Below, piece after piece: positions 9,706 through 19,346 of a DNA stretch of 64,000 nucleotides. Where the stretch lies: IMG/VR virus record IMGVR_UViG_2922289487_000003, positions 33,731 to 97,730 of that record; one strand, written 5' to 3'. Both the position numbers and the translations under genes were made by a program. Under the pieces are notes generated by a model. The model saw nothing but the letters and a program-made list of their open reading frames with translations. It ran no database searches and was not told the DNA's origin. Position 1 is the first letter of the stretch; each line of letters opens with the position of its first letter. Source of the DNA: a virus (lineage: Duplodnaviria; Heunggongvirae; Uroviricota; Caudoviricetes).

Positions 9706-10119
9706 ATGAATAAAAATATAATATTGCTGATCTTAGCCAGCGCATTCGCAATGAACGCCCATGCTGATGATGCCAACAATGGATATGCCGAAACGAACAA
9801 GGCTTCCAGCTACATCAAGTGCGGACTCTATGCTACGGTTGCAAACCTCCACAAGGACAACCACAGCGATATCCCGGAATCAAATGCCGATGCATTCAGA
9901 ATGCTCGCGCTGAAGCACTGGAGAATTGGTTCGAAGCTCATAGGGGCTTCAAGTACCGGCGATAAAGAGATAATCGATTTTGCTACCTATCTTTCCTCGC
10001 AAGAGGCCATTACCTGGGATGCGGTACCAGAGATGAACAAATCGAGCAACAATGGCAGGGCAGCAATTGCGGCTTATAGCAATGCAAACTGTGACATATT
10101 GTTAGAAGCGGCGAAGTAG
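9706..10119 (+). CDS. hypothetical secreted protein (plus strand, AT-rich moron-like locus)
   Basis: Signal peptide MNKNIILLILASAFAMNAHA. Flanking AT-rich noncoding DNA and a terminator-like hairpin near 10393-10420. Confidence 0.45.
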   Translation: MNKNIILLILASAFAMNAHADDANNGYAETNKASSYIKCGLYATVANLHKDNHSDIPESNADAFRMLALKHWRIGSKLIGASSTGDKEIIDFATYLSSQEAITWDAVPEMNKSSNNGRAAIAAYSNANCDILLEAAK

Positions 10120-10593
10120 AAGAGGTGGCTTTAGCTTTCTTCTTAAGATGGTGGATCAGTTGCAATTGCTCAAATTACTGATGAAGACTTTACCGTTCAG
10201 ATTTGCTCTAAAGAAAAGCCTATGCATGCCGATAATTAAACTGAAGGTATTATGAAATCACTTTCTATCATATAAAAGGAAACATACTTTATGAAAATCA
10301 GGAAGATACAGAGCAATGACGGGTTGTTCTGTACATGCTGTCAATTGCCAATTGATCAATGCAAAAATCGCTCTAAACCATTGAAAGGTTAAAAATGGCC
10401 ACCTTGTGTGGCCATTTTTACTCTTAACGTATCTCATGTTCTCTTTATACATAATATTTTGACGAACGCTGCTGTCGAACTTTGCTGCACATTGTTAAGC
10501 TCAGTCTGAGTATTTCAACATCCACTATCTGGCACAGAGCTACCTGTCAGCATAGGTGAAGCTCTGTGCTGTAAAAGTATAGGCCAATGCAGA

Positions 10594-11163
10594 TTAGTGG
10601 CGTACCTGCTGCATTTTGTGCGGCTGTTCGGTAAGGTCGTGACGATGAGTTAGTTCACGCATCATGTCTTCGAGACGGTCAATCGTGCCGGTCAACTGAT
10701 CTGCCATTTCGCCTAACAGCTTCTTCACGGCCATCGGATCTTCACTGTTCAGGTCAGGCATTTTGTACCCGACCTGAGCCGCCATAATTCTGAATGCAGT
10801 CATCAGCATCGCCAGAGAAGATTTCAGACCGGCAATCTCGCTATCTTTGCTGGGGTTGCTTTCATCTGTTCGTGGCATTACCGGAGAGCACTTCGGCTCA
10901 CTGACCATATTGAGAGTCGCCTGAAGTTTGTCGGCGCGATCTTTTTCGACCAGATACGCTTCACCCAGATGGCGAGCAAGCATCACTATCTGCATCGGCT
11001 CATCAAACAGGCTGGAAAACTTTAATACGGCAAAGACACGCTCAATTTCTGGCATGGATTCATGGCCGACAACAGCACCCAGCATTTCCACCAGCTCACG
11101 TGCGCCGACTTCATTGATGATTTTCTCAATGTTGGCGTTATCTGCTTTGCATTTCTGGCACAT
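10594..11163 (-). CDS. hypothetical protein
   Basis: ORF preceded by a motif A instance (11181-11215) and an AGGA Shine-Dalgarno. Confidence 0.4.
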   Translation of the reverse strand: MCQKCKADNANIEKIINEVGARELVEMLGAVVGHESMPEIERVFAVLKFSSLFDEPMQIVMLARHLGEAYLVEKDRADKLQATLNMVSEPKCSPVMPRTDESNPSKDSEIAGLKSSLAMLMTAFRIMAAQVGYKMPDLNSEDPMAVKKLLGEMADQLTGTIDRLEDMMRELTHRHDLTEQPHKMQQVRH

Positions 11164-11180
11164 GTGTTTTTCCTTATCTT

Positions 11181-11215
11181 TTTAAACAAGTTGTTTTCTT
11201 GATGTCGTTATTGTG
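11181..11215 (-). promoter_or_regulatory. motif A instance
   Basis: cacaataacgacatcaagaaaacaacttgtttaaaaag on the minus strand, before the Shine-Dalgarno and ATG at 11163. Confidence 0.45.
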
Positions 11216-11274
11216 GCGTAACTGAAAAGGTGGACAAACGCCACGTAAAGGCGGACGCCAGCACTGGCGGTCTG

Positions 11275-11463
11275 TTAAAAGAACCCGAGAATGCTGCCTA
11301 CCGGAACAACGAAAATTCCCACGACACGCGCCAGCGTCATACCTGCATTAAATTGCAAATCGCCACCTGAAATGAGCTTTGCCAGGTTCATTACCCAACC
11401 GCCAGCCATCAAAATGGCGAGACCGATGAACAGTGAAGAGATGTTCTGAATACTTAACTTCAT
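11275..11463 (-). CDS. small membrane protein (two predicted TM helices)
   Basis: 62 aa. Hydrophobic stretches IGLAILMAGGWVM and VVGIFVVPVGSILGFF. Confidence 0.35.
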   Translation of the reverse strand: MKLSIQNISSLFIGLAILMAGGWVMNLAKLISGGDLQFNAGMTLARVVGIFVVPVGSILGFF

Positions 11464-11714
11464 GCCACCACCTCAGTCACAGGATGAGGTCGCAGAATGC
11501 TGTCCACCATCATTCCATCCAGAGAGACAGAAGGGCTGTGCTTCGCTGGCGCTGAGATCAGAGGGGATTCTGGTGTCGCGGTGGTTGAAGTGGCTGGATT
11601 GACGGGTTCCGGTATCAGCAGACTCTGACCGGCTGGTACGGCTACCGCTGCCAGAGACGCCAGAATGAGTGCGTAGGCCATTGGTTTCAGTCGTTTGAGT
11701 TGATAATTTTCCAT
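11460..11714 (-). CDS. hypothetical exported/membrane protein
   Basis: N-terminal hydrophobic segment AYALILASLAAVAVPA. Overlaps an alternative-frame ORF (11473..11970) that is low-complexity downstream of 11714. Confidence 0.3.
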   Translation of the reverse strand: MENYQLKRLKPMAYALILASLAAVAVPAGQSLLIPEPVNPATSTTATPESPLISAPAKHSPSVSLDGMMVDSILRPHPVTEVVA

Positions 11715-12100
11715 GAGAACTCTCCATGTCAGCCTGGTGCTGGCGCAGGATGCGAGAAGTCACAGACTTGCGAGCCTTCTCGACAGCGACAATCGTGCCC
11801 AGATTTGAAATGGCGAACGCCTGAGCGTCACAACGTTGCTCCAGCGCAATCACCCGATCTTCCAGTTCTGCAAGACGTGCAGAAACACGACCGCAAAGCA
11901 ATTCGGCCAGAGCAAGACGTATTGAACGAGGACGTTTGATGAAAGAGGTGAGAGGCGTTTGGCGAGCCATATGAATTCCATTCAGTGTCAGAAAGAGCTG
12001 CGGCTGGCATAGCCAGCCGCCTGTTTGCGTTCCATCCTGGAACAGTACCTTGCCGGTACGTCGTCATCCTGACGACGGATAAGATACCTGAATTAATACA

Positions 12101-12120
12101 ATAGGTAAATACTTACTTAT
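12101..12120. promoter_or_regulatory. motif B instance (ATAGGTAAATACTTACTTAT) overlapping the rnhA stop
   Basis: Quasi-palindrome shared with at least 14 other sites. Confidence 0.4.
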
Positions 12121-12721
12121 TATTTTGTGCCAAAAAACCGACATCTCGTTTGTGAGGGGTTTCAGCCGCAGCATACGCGGCGATCTTAGCCAGCCGATCG
12201 CACATTTCGTTTTCGCGATGACCATCATGGCCTTTCACCCACTTCCAGCGGACATTGTGCCGGCTGGCGGCCACATCGAGGCGCTTCCAGAGATCGACGT
12301 TTTTAACTGGCTTCTTCTCAGACGTCATCCAGCCATTACGCTTCCAGCCCTTCATCCAGAGCGTCATACCGTTTTTGAGATACTGGCTGTCTGAATGCAG
12401 GATCACGTTGCAGGGGTATTTGAGACGCTCCAGCGCCATCAGAGCGCCCATCATCTCCATCCGGTTATTAGTGGTGCTGTGGAAGCCATCAGACAGCTCA
12501 CGTTCTTCTTCACGATACTGAAGAACGATACCGTATCCGCCAGGCCCGCCCGGATTTTTAAGGCAAGAGCCATCGCTGAAGACTTTCACAGTTTTAAGCT
12601 GGGGATTGAATTCGACTACAGGCGTTTTGACGTTGGTGCGGATCTGCTGGTGGGTCTGGCGTCTGGCTTCAGACTTTGGGCGGCAGCCAGTTTTTTGCCG
12701 GGCTGGGGTCTTGGTCGTCAT
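12113..12721 (-). CDS. rnhA: ribonuclease HI with roughly 45-aa N-terminal extension
   Basis: [23 protein letters not shown]...[15 protein letters not shown]...HSDSQYL...[17 protein letters not shown] matches the RNase H1 catalytic DEDD context. Confidence 0.85.
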   Translation of the reverse strand: MTTKTPARQKTGCRPKSEARRQTHQQIRTNVKTPVVEFNPQLKTVKVFSDGSCLKNPGGPGGYGIVLQYREEERELSDGFHSTTNNRMEMMGALMALERLKYPCNVILHSDSQYLKNGMTLWMKGWKRNGWMTSEKKPVKNVDLWKRLDVAASRHNVRWKWVKGHDGHRENEMCDRLAKIAAYAAAETPHKRDVGFLAQNNK

Positions 12722-13317
12722 AGTGGCTCCAGAAACGCGCGCCGCGACGTTTTTTTCCTCGCGCGTGTGCGCACGCGTGCGTGTATTAACTATTTAAATT
12801 TAAAGTTTTTTTAAAAGAGACTTACTTCCCAGAACAGGTTTTAATTAACCTGAACTGAACGAACGAAGTGAGTGAAGTTCACCTCGAACGAAGTGAGAGG
12901 TTGTCTTTTCAGGTAATACTTTCCCAGGGAGGTGAGTACAAAATTTCCTCACCAACCTGGTCGTTACATAACCTGAAAAGTTATGACCTAAGTCTACTGC
13001 CAGCTCAGGCTTGGGAAGTTATGGATGACAGCACCCCAGAACCGAGATCTTCCCACACTTTATGAAGGGGAGTACTGGATTCAACCTCTCGAAACATCCC
13101 AGACTCGACAATCATAAAGTGACCCTTCTCTCTGCTCACTTTGGTTCCCCCTTCCCCGACCCCTTAACGGTGCCGGTTCTACGCTGGTAGTGAGCTTTTT
13201 TAAACCTGACGCCAGTGACGCTATCCCCCACCCATCAGGTCGAGCTTCCGGATGTGTCCGGAAGCGGGGTAATTTTACCACTGGCAATTTGCGTTTTAAA
13301 TGGTAACTACTTACCTA

Positions 13318-13548
13318 TTAAACTGTTTGATTATTTTCTCGACCATGAAGCTGAACGTTCAGGGCGAAGACCTCGTTGATCAGCTCTCCCATGAGTTGCT
13401 CCACCAGTTCTCTGTGCTCCCCTGTGTGAAGACACTTAAGCGCCCACTCATAGAGACTGAAGGCCTTATCACGATCTTTCATCATGTCGCGTGCTTTGAC
13501 CAGAAAGTCGCTCTCAACGAGCGCTACGACGTTCGTCGGGTATACCAT
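13318..13548 (-). CDS. hypothetical protein
   Basis: Short ORF. Motif B (13298-13318) overlaps its stop. Confidence 0.3.
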   Translation of the reverse strand: MVYPTNVVALVESDFLVKARDMMKDRDKAFSLYEWALKCLHTGEHRELVEQLMGELINEVFALNVQLHGRENNQTV

Positions 13549-13739
13549 GATAGTTTTCCTTAGTGTGGTTCATAAAATTGATTCTAGAGCGTCTGGAGAG
13601 GGGTTCTACGCTGTTCCGGAGTTTGATAACGGTCTGGGAGTTGTCGTCCTGAAAAAGCCTGCTTCCGTATAATTAATAATAAGTACTGTATTATTTATAT
13701 ATACGGAAACAGGTTCACAAACAACTCCCAGACTGGTGT

Positions 13740-14333
13740 TTAAGCGGCCTTCTTAGGTGGTCTTTTTTTCCTGATAACACTGGCAGGATCGTACCCACCC
13801 AGCTTTTTCATTACCGCCAGCGGTATCTTGCTGATGCGATGCCCGGCGTCCTGACAGAAGCCACGGAAGATGACGAGCATACTGCCACCGGGATTGACGT
13901 TGACTTCCACCAGCCCGAGTTCAACGTCAGGCTCGACGAACGCTACGCGCCCACCAGACAGGATGACCGTTTCGTTGGCGAATTCCGCGGCACGTTCATA
14001 CCACTGTGTATCAAGGGACTGCGGAATGAGCATAACCGTTGTCACGCCACGTGTTTGTTCGCGGATAGCCGCGTCAATCCAGGGTGTGATTCTGGAGTAG
14101 GGCGGGTTCAGAAACGCCATCGTTCCGGGTTCACCCCAACTGCATTTGAGAGCATCGCGCTCCACGCCGATATAGACCGGCAGAAGTGCGTTATCCTTGT
14201 TACAGGCGACGTCCACATCGAACTTTATGCCTGTATATCGTTGAATGGCGACAAACAACCACTGTGGTGTGCGCCAGAGGTCACGCAGAGCGGCATCGCG
14301 CTCCCGTTTCTTGATTTTCTCTGCTGCGATCAT
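13740..14333 (-). CDS. phage-type DNA N6-adenine methyltransferase (Dam-like, small)
   Basis: FLNPPYSRITPWIDAAI motif in a roughly 197-aa protein. Resembles the bacteriophage Dam family. Confidence 0.65.
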   Translation of the reverse strand: MIAAEKIKKRERDAALRDLWRTPQWLFVAIQRYTGIKFDVDVACNKDNALLPVYIGVERDALKCSWGEPGTMAFLNPPYSRITPWIDAAIREQTRGVTTVMLIPQSLDTQWYERAAEFANETVILSGGRVAFVEPDVELGLVEVNVNPGGSMLVIFRGFCQDAGHRISKIPLAVMKKLGGYDPASVIRKKRPPKKAA

Positions 14334-14344
14334 TGCTCAACTCA

Positions 14345-14364
14345 ATAGGTAACTACATACCTAT
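14345..14364. promoter_or_regulatory. motif B instance (ATAGGTAACTACATACCTAT), 12 nt upstream of the Dam-like gene ATG
   Basis: Near-perfect 20-bp palindrome. Confidence 0.45.
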
Positions 14365-14517
14365 TTTTTCATTTCAATGCAGTTATGGCAAATAAAACTA
14401 AAACGCGCCAGAAAGCTAACGGGAAGCTCACTGGCGCGTTTTTTCAATGCTGGATATGCGATTGGCTTACCCAGCATGTGAAAGCGCTCTGGGGGCTTTA
14501 GATTTGGCAGGGGAACA

Positions 14518-15360
14518 TCATCCAATAGAATACTCCGCAACGAATTTTTTGACGATCGGGGACTCTTCGTTAAGTGTGAGATTCCCACCCTCCCGCAGCG
14601 CGATACCTGTCGCCGGGAAAACAGCCATCATCTGGCCAGCCTGAGTAGAGGCTGTGCTGAGAGGGTAGGGTTTATCCGGGTTACTCATGAGCGCGAGCTT
14701 GATGCTGTTACTTGTTGCCGATTTCGACTCAAGCAGGTGACGCATAGCAATAACCGTGTATACGCTGATCTCCGGGCCGCCACTGAACCAGTTCAGGAGA
14801 TTCAGGATCTTGTCTTTCGCTTTTACTGGCGCCTTTTCGAAAGCCGCACTAAAGACCTCATTCTCAAGACCGGCTGCGGAATAGAACGACTCGTCTTTGC
14901 CTTCCAGCGTGAAGCGTGGCTTGCCTGGCGTGCGCTCCGTTTTCTTCCGTTCAGTCTGGGGTTTTGGCTTTACAGCTTCTGACGGAGGTTCGGCTTTATC
15001 ATCGGCCGCGTCTTGCCGGGACTCGACTGAGGTAATGATGGATTCCGGTTCTGACGTCGGCTCCGCACACACGCCGGCCATCAGATCGCGTTCTGGCTCA
15101 ACAAGCTGCTCAGGTTCGTGCTCTGTCTCCAGCGCTTCGAAGACACTACTCATATCCTCAGTCGTATCGGCGGCAAGGACCTCATCGGCCACCACTTCAA
15201 CGGGTTTGGCAATTCCGTCATCAAGGCCTGCCAGCAGATCGTCAATCTCATCAACGCCACTCGCTTTCGCCGCATTTGATGCAGGCTCATCCAGCGATTG
15301 CAGCATAGCCGTCAGTTCGTCCAGATCATCGTTTTTAACAGTGTTAACGGTGGTTCTCAT
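14518..15360 (-). CDS. hypothetical highly acidic protein
   Basis: N-terminal half rich in D/E (DDLDELTAMLQSLDE..., EHEPEQLVEPE). Confidence 0.4.
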   Translation of the reverse strand: MRTTVNTVKNDDLDELTAMLQSLDEPASNAAKASGVDEIDDLLAGLDDGIAKPVEVVADEVLAADTTEDMSSVFEALETEHEPEQLVEPERDLMAGVCAEPTSEPESIITSVESRQDAADDKAEPPSEAVKPKPQTERKKTERTPGKPRFTLEGKDESFYSAAGLENEVFSAAFEKAPVKAKDKILNLLNWFSGGPEISVYTVIAMRHLLESKSATSNSIKLALMSNPDKPYPLSTASTQAGQMMAVFPATGIALREGGNLTLNEESPIVKKFVAEYSIG

Positions 15361-15479
15361 GTGTTTCTCCTTCGATTAAGCGTTTCCGCATTTGGTGAGT
15401 GTATTCTGACAAAACCTATCAGGCGGAAAAGTCATAATTACAGGCAGTTAGAAGAACTGAAGGCAAAGAAAAAGCGCCA

Positions 15480-16037
15480 TCAGGCGCTTTCGAATGGGAG
15501 TTTGAAGAAACCGTATTTCTCTCTGGCTTTGAAGAAACACTGCATCATCAGGTCAGTATCGTACAGAGCGCTGTGGGCCTTCTCACGGTCGTAAGTGAAT
15601 CCAAGTGAGAACGCCAGCTCTTCCAGACGTGGACGCTTGCCGTCTTCCGTAGCCCACAATCCCTCCAGCATCGAGTCCACCAGCGGGATATCCGGCAGCG
15701 TCACACCATAGCCTTTGAACTCGTGACGAATGAAAGGAATATCGAACGCTTCTCCATTATGTGCGACCAATGCACTACAGGCGCCCATATATGCGGCAAT
15801 GTGCTTTGCGTGGTCTGCTAACAGTGGTTCCACAGCCAGTTCTTCCAGCGAAATACCATGAACCGCCTGCGCTTTAGGATCGATACTTCGACGTGGGTTA
15901 AAGCGCATTTCAAGGCTGTCGATGTGCTTCTGGGTTTCCAGTTCGTAACGGGTAATGGCGATTTCAATGATTTTGTGGCCTGACGTATAGTCCAGCCCGG
16001 TGGACTCGATATCTACGCCACCGACAATCGTGGTCAT
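15480..16037 (-). CDS. DnaQ-like 3'-5' proofreading exonuclease (DEDDh family)
   Basis: Exo I VDIESTGLD, Exo II HNGEAFDIPF, Exo III HSALYDTDL. Confidence 0.8.
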   Translation of the reverse strand: MTTIVGGVDIESTGLDYTSGHKIIEIAITRYELETQKHIDSLEMRFNPRRSIDPKAQAVHGISLEELAVEPLLADHAKHIAAYMGACSALVAHNGEAFDIPFIRHEFKGYGVTLPDIPLVDSMLEGLWATEDGKRPRLEELAFSLGFTYDREKAHSALYDTDLMMQCFFKAREKYGFFKLPFESA

Positions 16038-16046
16038 TGCTACTCC

Positions 16047-16466
16047 TTACAACTTCTTTGCGCCTTTCAGCAGTGCGCTACGCACGAACTGAGCGGCTTT
16101 TTTCAATGCTTCCTCACCCGTTTCGCAGACAACCGGCGCACGCCATTCGCCTGTCGTGGTGTTGAGGACGTTAATCTGATTGGTTTCGAGACAGACGGAG
16201 ATGTAAAGCACCGCGCCGCCAGCGAGTCTGAGGTGCATGGGAAAAAGAGGACGTTTTGTGCCACCGTTGAACTGTGACATCGCAACGTTTATGGCCTCAC
16301 CAACGTCTTCACTGACAAGTCCCTGTACGGACTCGAACACGGCACGGACAGCCAGACGCGCTTCCCGATCGCTCATAAGAGAGCGGGATTGCTCGTCCGC
16401 TATGCGGATCAGCGCTTCGATCGTTTTCCGATTCAACTCATCAGTCAGGGGAAGTTCGTCTATCAT
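16047..16466 (-). CDS. hypothetical protein
   Basis: ORF in an operon with the exonuclease gene. Confidence 0.4.
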   Translation of the reverse strand: MIDELPLTDELNRKTIEALIRIADEQSRSLMSDREARLAVRAVFESVQGLVSEDVGEAINVAMSQFNGGTKRPLFPMHLRLAGGAVLYISVCLETNQINVLNTTTGEWRAPVVCETGEEALKKAAQFVRSALLKGAKKL

Positions 16467-16529
16467 TCTGTTTTTCCTGCGTTCTTTTGGCGTGTTTTAT
16501 TGTCGCAATACTTAACAGGGGAACAACTG

Positions 16530-17174
16530 TCAGTGAACGGTTACTCGACCAATGAAGCGGCGCTCGATGTTTTCGGCCACACGGTCAAGGACACGAAAGA
16601 CCGATCTGGCTCGTGACTCAACGGTGCGGCACTTATCCGCGATGATGAACACTTGCAGATCGCCAATTTGAGGCAGAGAGTTAATCTTGGTGAGTTCGCC
16701 GCACATCAACGCATCAATACGCGCCACATACAGACGGTCCAGAGAACCCCGCTGTGCTCGCTTACGGTCGTCGTCACTCAGCTCGACCCCCGGACGCAGC
16801 CCGGCAATAGCATTGAAGTTGGTGACGATGGTCTGGTGGCAGAATCGCTCAATGTCGAGCGCCAGTTCGATGCAACGGTCTTCGTTTGTCTGACCGACCA
16901 GATCCAGTGTGTACGCCATGACATCCGCAGGCGTGCGATCGATAACAAAGCCTTCCACACCCCGTGTGATCATCTCGATGTGTTTTGCGATCTCCTGCTG
17001 TACCTGCAGTCGTTCAAAGAGCGGCATCTGTTCGCCCACTTTCACGCCCAGCCGACTCATCAGCTTTCCGACACCGGCATCCACATACGGAATGCCGTAA
17101 TGCTCCTCGATGTATTTTGCCAGGGTTGTTTTGCCACTGCCCTGAGCACCAGTGATCCCAATCCGGTAATCCAT
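16530..17174 (-). CDS. P-loop NTPase, probable deoxynucleoside monophosphate kinase-like
   Basis: Walker A GITGAQGSGKTT at the N-terminus. Size and context (adjacent frd/thyA) resemble phage dNMP kinases. Confidence 0.45.
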   Translation of the reverse strand: MDYRIGITGAQGSGKTTLAKYIEEHYGIPYVDAGVGKLMSRLGVKVGEQMPLFERLQVQQEIAKHIEMITRGVEGFVIDRTPADVMAYTLDLVGQTNEDRCIELALDIERFCHQTIVTNFNAIAGLRPGVELSDDDRKRAQRGSLDRLYVARIDALMCGELTKINSLPQIGDLQVFIIADKCRTVESRARSVFRVLDRVAENIERRFIGRVTVH

Positions 17175-17650
17175 TACGACCTTCTGTAAACGATCTGCAA
17201 AAAGCCAGGCTCATCCTCACTCTCACGTTGGGTATAAGCCGTATCCACAGGTACAAAGCCAAGTGAACGCATCATTGTCGCAGGGAAGAACGTGTCCGCA
17301 CCTGGTACAGAGACGCTCATATGTGACAACCAGATCTCATCCACGTAAGGCATCAAAAGTGAGTAAATCTGGGCACCGCCAACCACCCATACCGGATCTG
17401 GCAGTTTCAAAACGTCTTCCACATTAACGGGGTAAAAGCCATTGGGGATATGCCCACGAGAACGCGTCAGAACGAGGTTGTGGCGCTCTGGCAGCGGTCG
17501 TTTAAGACTTTCCATCGTATTGCGTCCCATCACGACAGTGGCGTTTTTGGTGAGTTGTTTGAACAGTTTCAGATCGGTAGGGCAACGCCAGGGGAGTTCG
17601 CTGCCAATGCCGATTTCGTAGTTGCGGCCAACAGCTGCAATCATCTTCAT
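17174..17650 (-). CDS. folA: dihydrofolate reductase
   Basis: MIAAVGRNYEIG...LPW....DLK.FK..T....VVMGRNT motif pattern of DHFR. 158 aa. Confidence 0.85.
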   Translation of the reverse strand: MKMIAAVGRNYEIGIGSELPWRCPTDLKLFKQLTKNATVVMGRNTMESLKRPLPERHNLVLTRSRGHIPNGFYPVNVEDVLKLPDPVWVVGGAQIYSLLMPYVDEIWLSHMSVSVPGADTFFPATMMRSLGFVPVDTAYTQRESEDEPGFLQIVYRRS

Positions 17651-18060
17651 TGGCTTACCTCATAAATAACAGGACGCTGGTGGTAGCCGGCCAGCGCGGA
17701 ACGTAGCCGCGCGTCTTGCACCAGTGCAGCGATTAGCAGATCACCTTTATGCCCGGTAAGTGTTTGCTTAATCAGCGACTCATAGCTGGAGTTTGGCGCT
17801 CTGAGGTGCAGCCAGTCATAATCGATGCCGAAGTCTTTCAGCCAGCGTTTGGTTGGTGATTCGAGTAAAGCGGAACGGCTGTCGATAAGCACAATCTCCG
17901 CGCCAGATCGCGCAAAGCCACGAAGCATTCGGCTGGTGGGGAAGATAAGTTCATCACCGGCAATGAGTGCGCCAGCATCGTTGTCAGACGCTGATTTTCG
18001 ATGGTTGCCCCTCGCCAGCACACCTTCAATCTCACACAATACGTACATACCTCTGGCCAT
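17647..18060 (-). CDS. hypothetical protein, possibly degenerate HAD-like nucleotidase (motif I D to E variant)
   Basis: MYVLCEIEGVLA resembles HAD motif I hhhDxDGxL. Likely start is the ATG at 18058-18060, overlapping the thyA stop (ATGA). Confidence 0.3.
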   Translation of the reverse strand: MARGMYVLCEIEGVLARGNHRKSASDNDAGALIAGDELIFPTSRMLRGFARSGAEIVLIDSRSALLESPTKRWLKDFGIDYDWLHLRAPNSSYESLIKQTLTGHKGDLLIAALVQDARLRSALAGYHQRPVIYEVSQ

Positions 18061-18061
18061 A

Positions 18062-19177
18062 TCACACCGCCACAGGAACCTTGATCCACGGAAGAGGGGT
18101 ATAGCCGCAGATCTGCACGCCATCCCATTTAAAGTCGTCCAGTTCGGCCCATTCATGTGGGAAAATGACAATCGGATCTGACTCAGCAGGCGCTTCACGT
18201 TCCATCAACTCCTGCACACCCTCTTTGTGGTTGTCATAGAGATGGACATCAAAGCCAAAATGCACGAATGCGCCAGCCATGTGGCCGGTGATCTTCGCAA
18301 TAAACTGCGTCAGGATGCCGTATCCGGCGATGTTGAATGGCATACCCACGAAGGTATCGACACTGCGCTGAACCAGGCAGGAGTTCAGAATGCGCTTCGG
18401 AATCCCCAGCTCATCCAGCGTTTGTTCGGAGATACCGCCTTGTTCACCCAGAAGGCATAACATCTGCGTGTAGATGGATTCGTGGCCGTGGCGATTGTGC
18501 TGCAAGCCTATATCGGTAGCCATCGTCAGTCGGGTCTCAAAATCCAGCTCACGACTCCACAGCGAAAAGACAAAATGGCACGGTGGAAGCCTCATATCTT
18601 CCAGTTCGCCAACGTTCCAGGCGTTCAGCAGGATACGACGATCTGTCGGGTTGGTTCGCAGCTTGTCGACAATGGACTGCAACTGGTCAATCTCGCGGGA
18701 AAGGACAACGCGATTTTCGTTGATGCCCAGATAACCCTCAACCTTGTAGCCACGCTCACAGTACAACTCAAGTTTTCTCAGGTACTCGTCGTGGGAAATG
18801 ATGCGCGTGTCATTCCAGCGGCGCCACTGCTTCCCATAGACCGGGCCTAAATCCCCGTTCTCATCAGCCCATGCGTCCCAGATTTTCACGCCGTTTTCTT
18901 TCAGGAACTGAATGTTGCCGGTTCCTTTGAGATACCACTCAAGCTCCACCAGCAGCGGCTTGAGATTGACGGATTTTCCTGAGATCAGCGGAACAGAACC
19001 GCCAGTCAACATGTAGAAAGACGGCACGTAGGAAACGCTCTCAGTACCAGTACCGGTGCGATCGTCGGCATGAACGCCACTCTTGAGTACCGTCTCAATG
19101 ACTTTTGCATACGAAGAATTGGCAAGCTGACCATTGGTATGCTCACGATTAAGAAGGATAGACAAATCAGACCTCAC
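18062..19177 (-). CDS. thyA: thymidylate synthase family protein (371 aa, GTG start; longer than bacterial ThyA)
   Basis: DRTGTGT, GDLGPVYGKQWR, NAWNVGELEDMRLPPCHFVFSLW, GMPFNIAGY. The conserved Asn in PFNIA suggests dUMP rather than dCMP specificity. Confidence 0.8.
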   Translation of the reverse strand: MRSDLSILLNREHTNGQLANSSYAKVIETVLKSGVHADDRTGTGTESVSYVPSFYMLTGGSVPLISGKSVNLKPLLVELEWYLKGTGNIQFLKENGVKIWDAWADENGDLGPVYGKQWRRWNDTRIISHDEYLRKLELYCERGYKVEGYLGINENRVVLSREIDQLQSIVDKLRTNPTDRRILLNAWNVGELEDMRLPPCHFVFSLWSRELDFETRLTMATDIGLQHNRHGHESIYTQMLCLLGEQGGISEQTLDELGIPKRILNSCLVQRSVDTFVGMPFNIAGYGILTQFIAKITGHMAGAFVHFGFDVHLYDNHKEGVQELMEREAPAESDPIVIFPHEWAELDDFKWDGVQICGYTPLPWIKVPVAV

Positions 19178-19181
19178 AAAT

Positions 19182-19202
19182 GATAAGTAAGTACATACCT
19201 AC
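19182..19202. promoter_or_regulatory. motif B instance (GATAAGTAAGTACATACCTAC), 5 nt upstream of the thyA GTG start
   Basis: No Shine-Dalgarno between motif and start codon. Confidence 0.4.
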
Positions 19203-19346
19203 ATATAAGTTTAGCCAGAGCAAGCCTGCAAGACTAGGGTTCTATGACAAAAAAAATGGTGGCACTCAGGCCACCAAAACTGTTTGAAGAATATTAATAT
19301 TGGACAATAAAACACGCCCAAACAATATATAATGATAGGTTTGTAC

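Noticed and set aside
11460-11970. Rz/Rz1-like embedded spanin pair (84-aa ORF nested in another frame of a 165-aa ORF)
   Set aside because: No lipobox Cys in the embedded ORF and no N-terminal TM in the outer ORF. The outer ORF is low-complexity beyond 11714, so the overlap is probably a track artefact.
12030-12060. Perfect hairpin CGTCGTCATCCTGACGACG as rho-independent terminator of rnhA
   Set aside because: No U-tract follows on the minus strand. May be a protein-binding palindrome or RNA-processing site instead, so not called a terminator.
13839-14348. 169-aa plus-strand ORF
   Set aside because: Antisense within the Dam-like methyltransferase gene, which has the diagnostic NPPY motif on the other strand.
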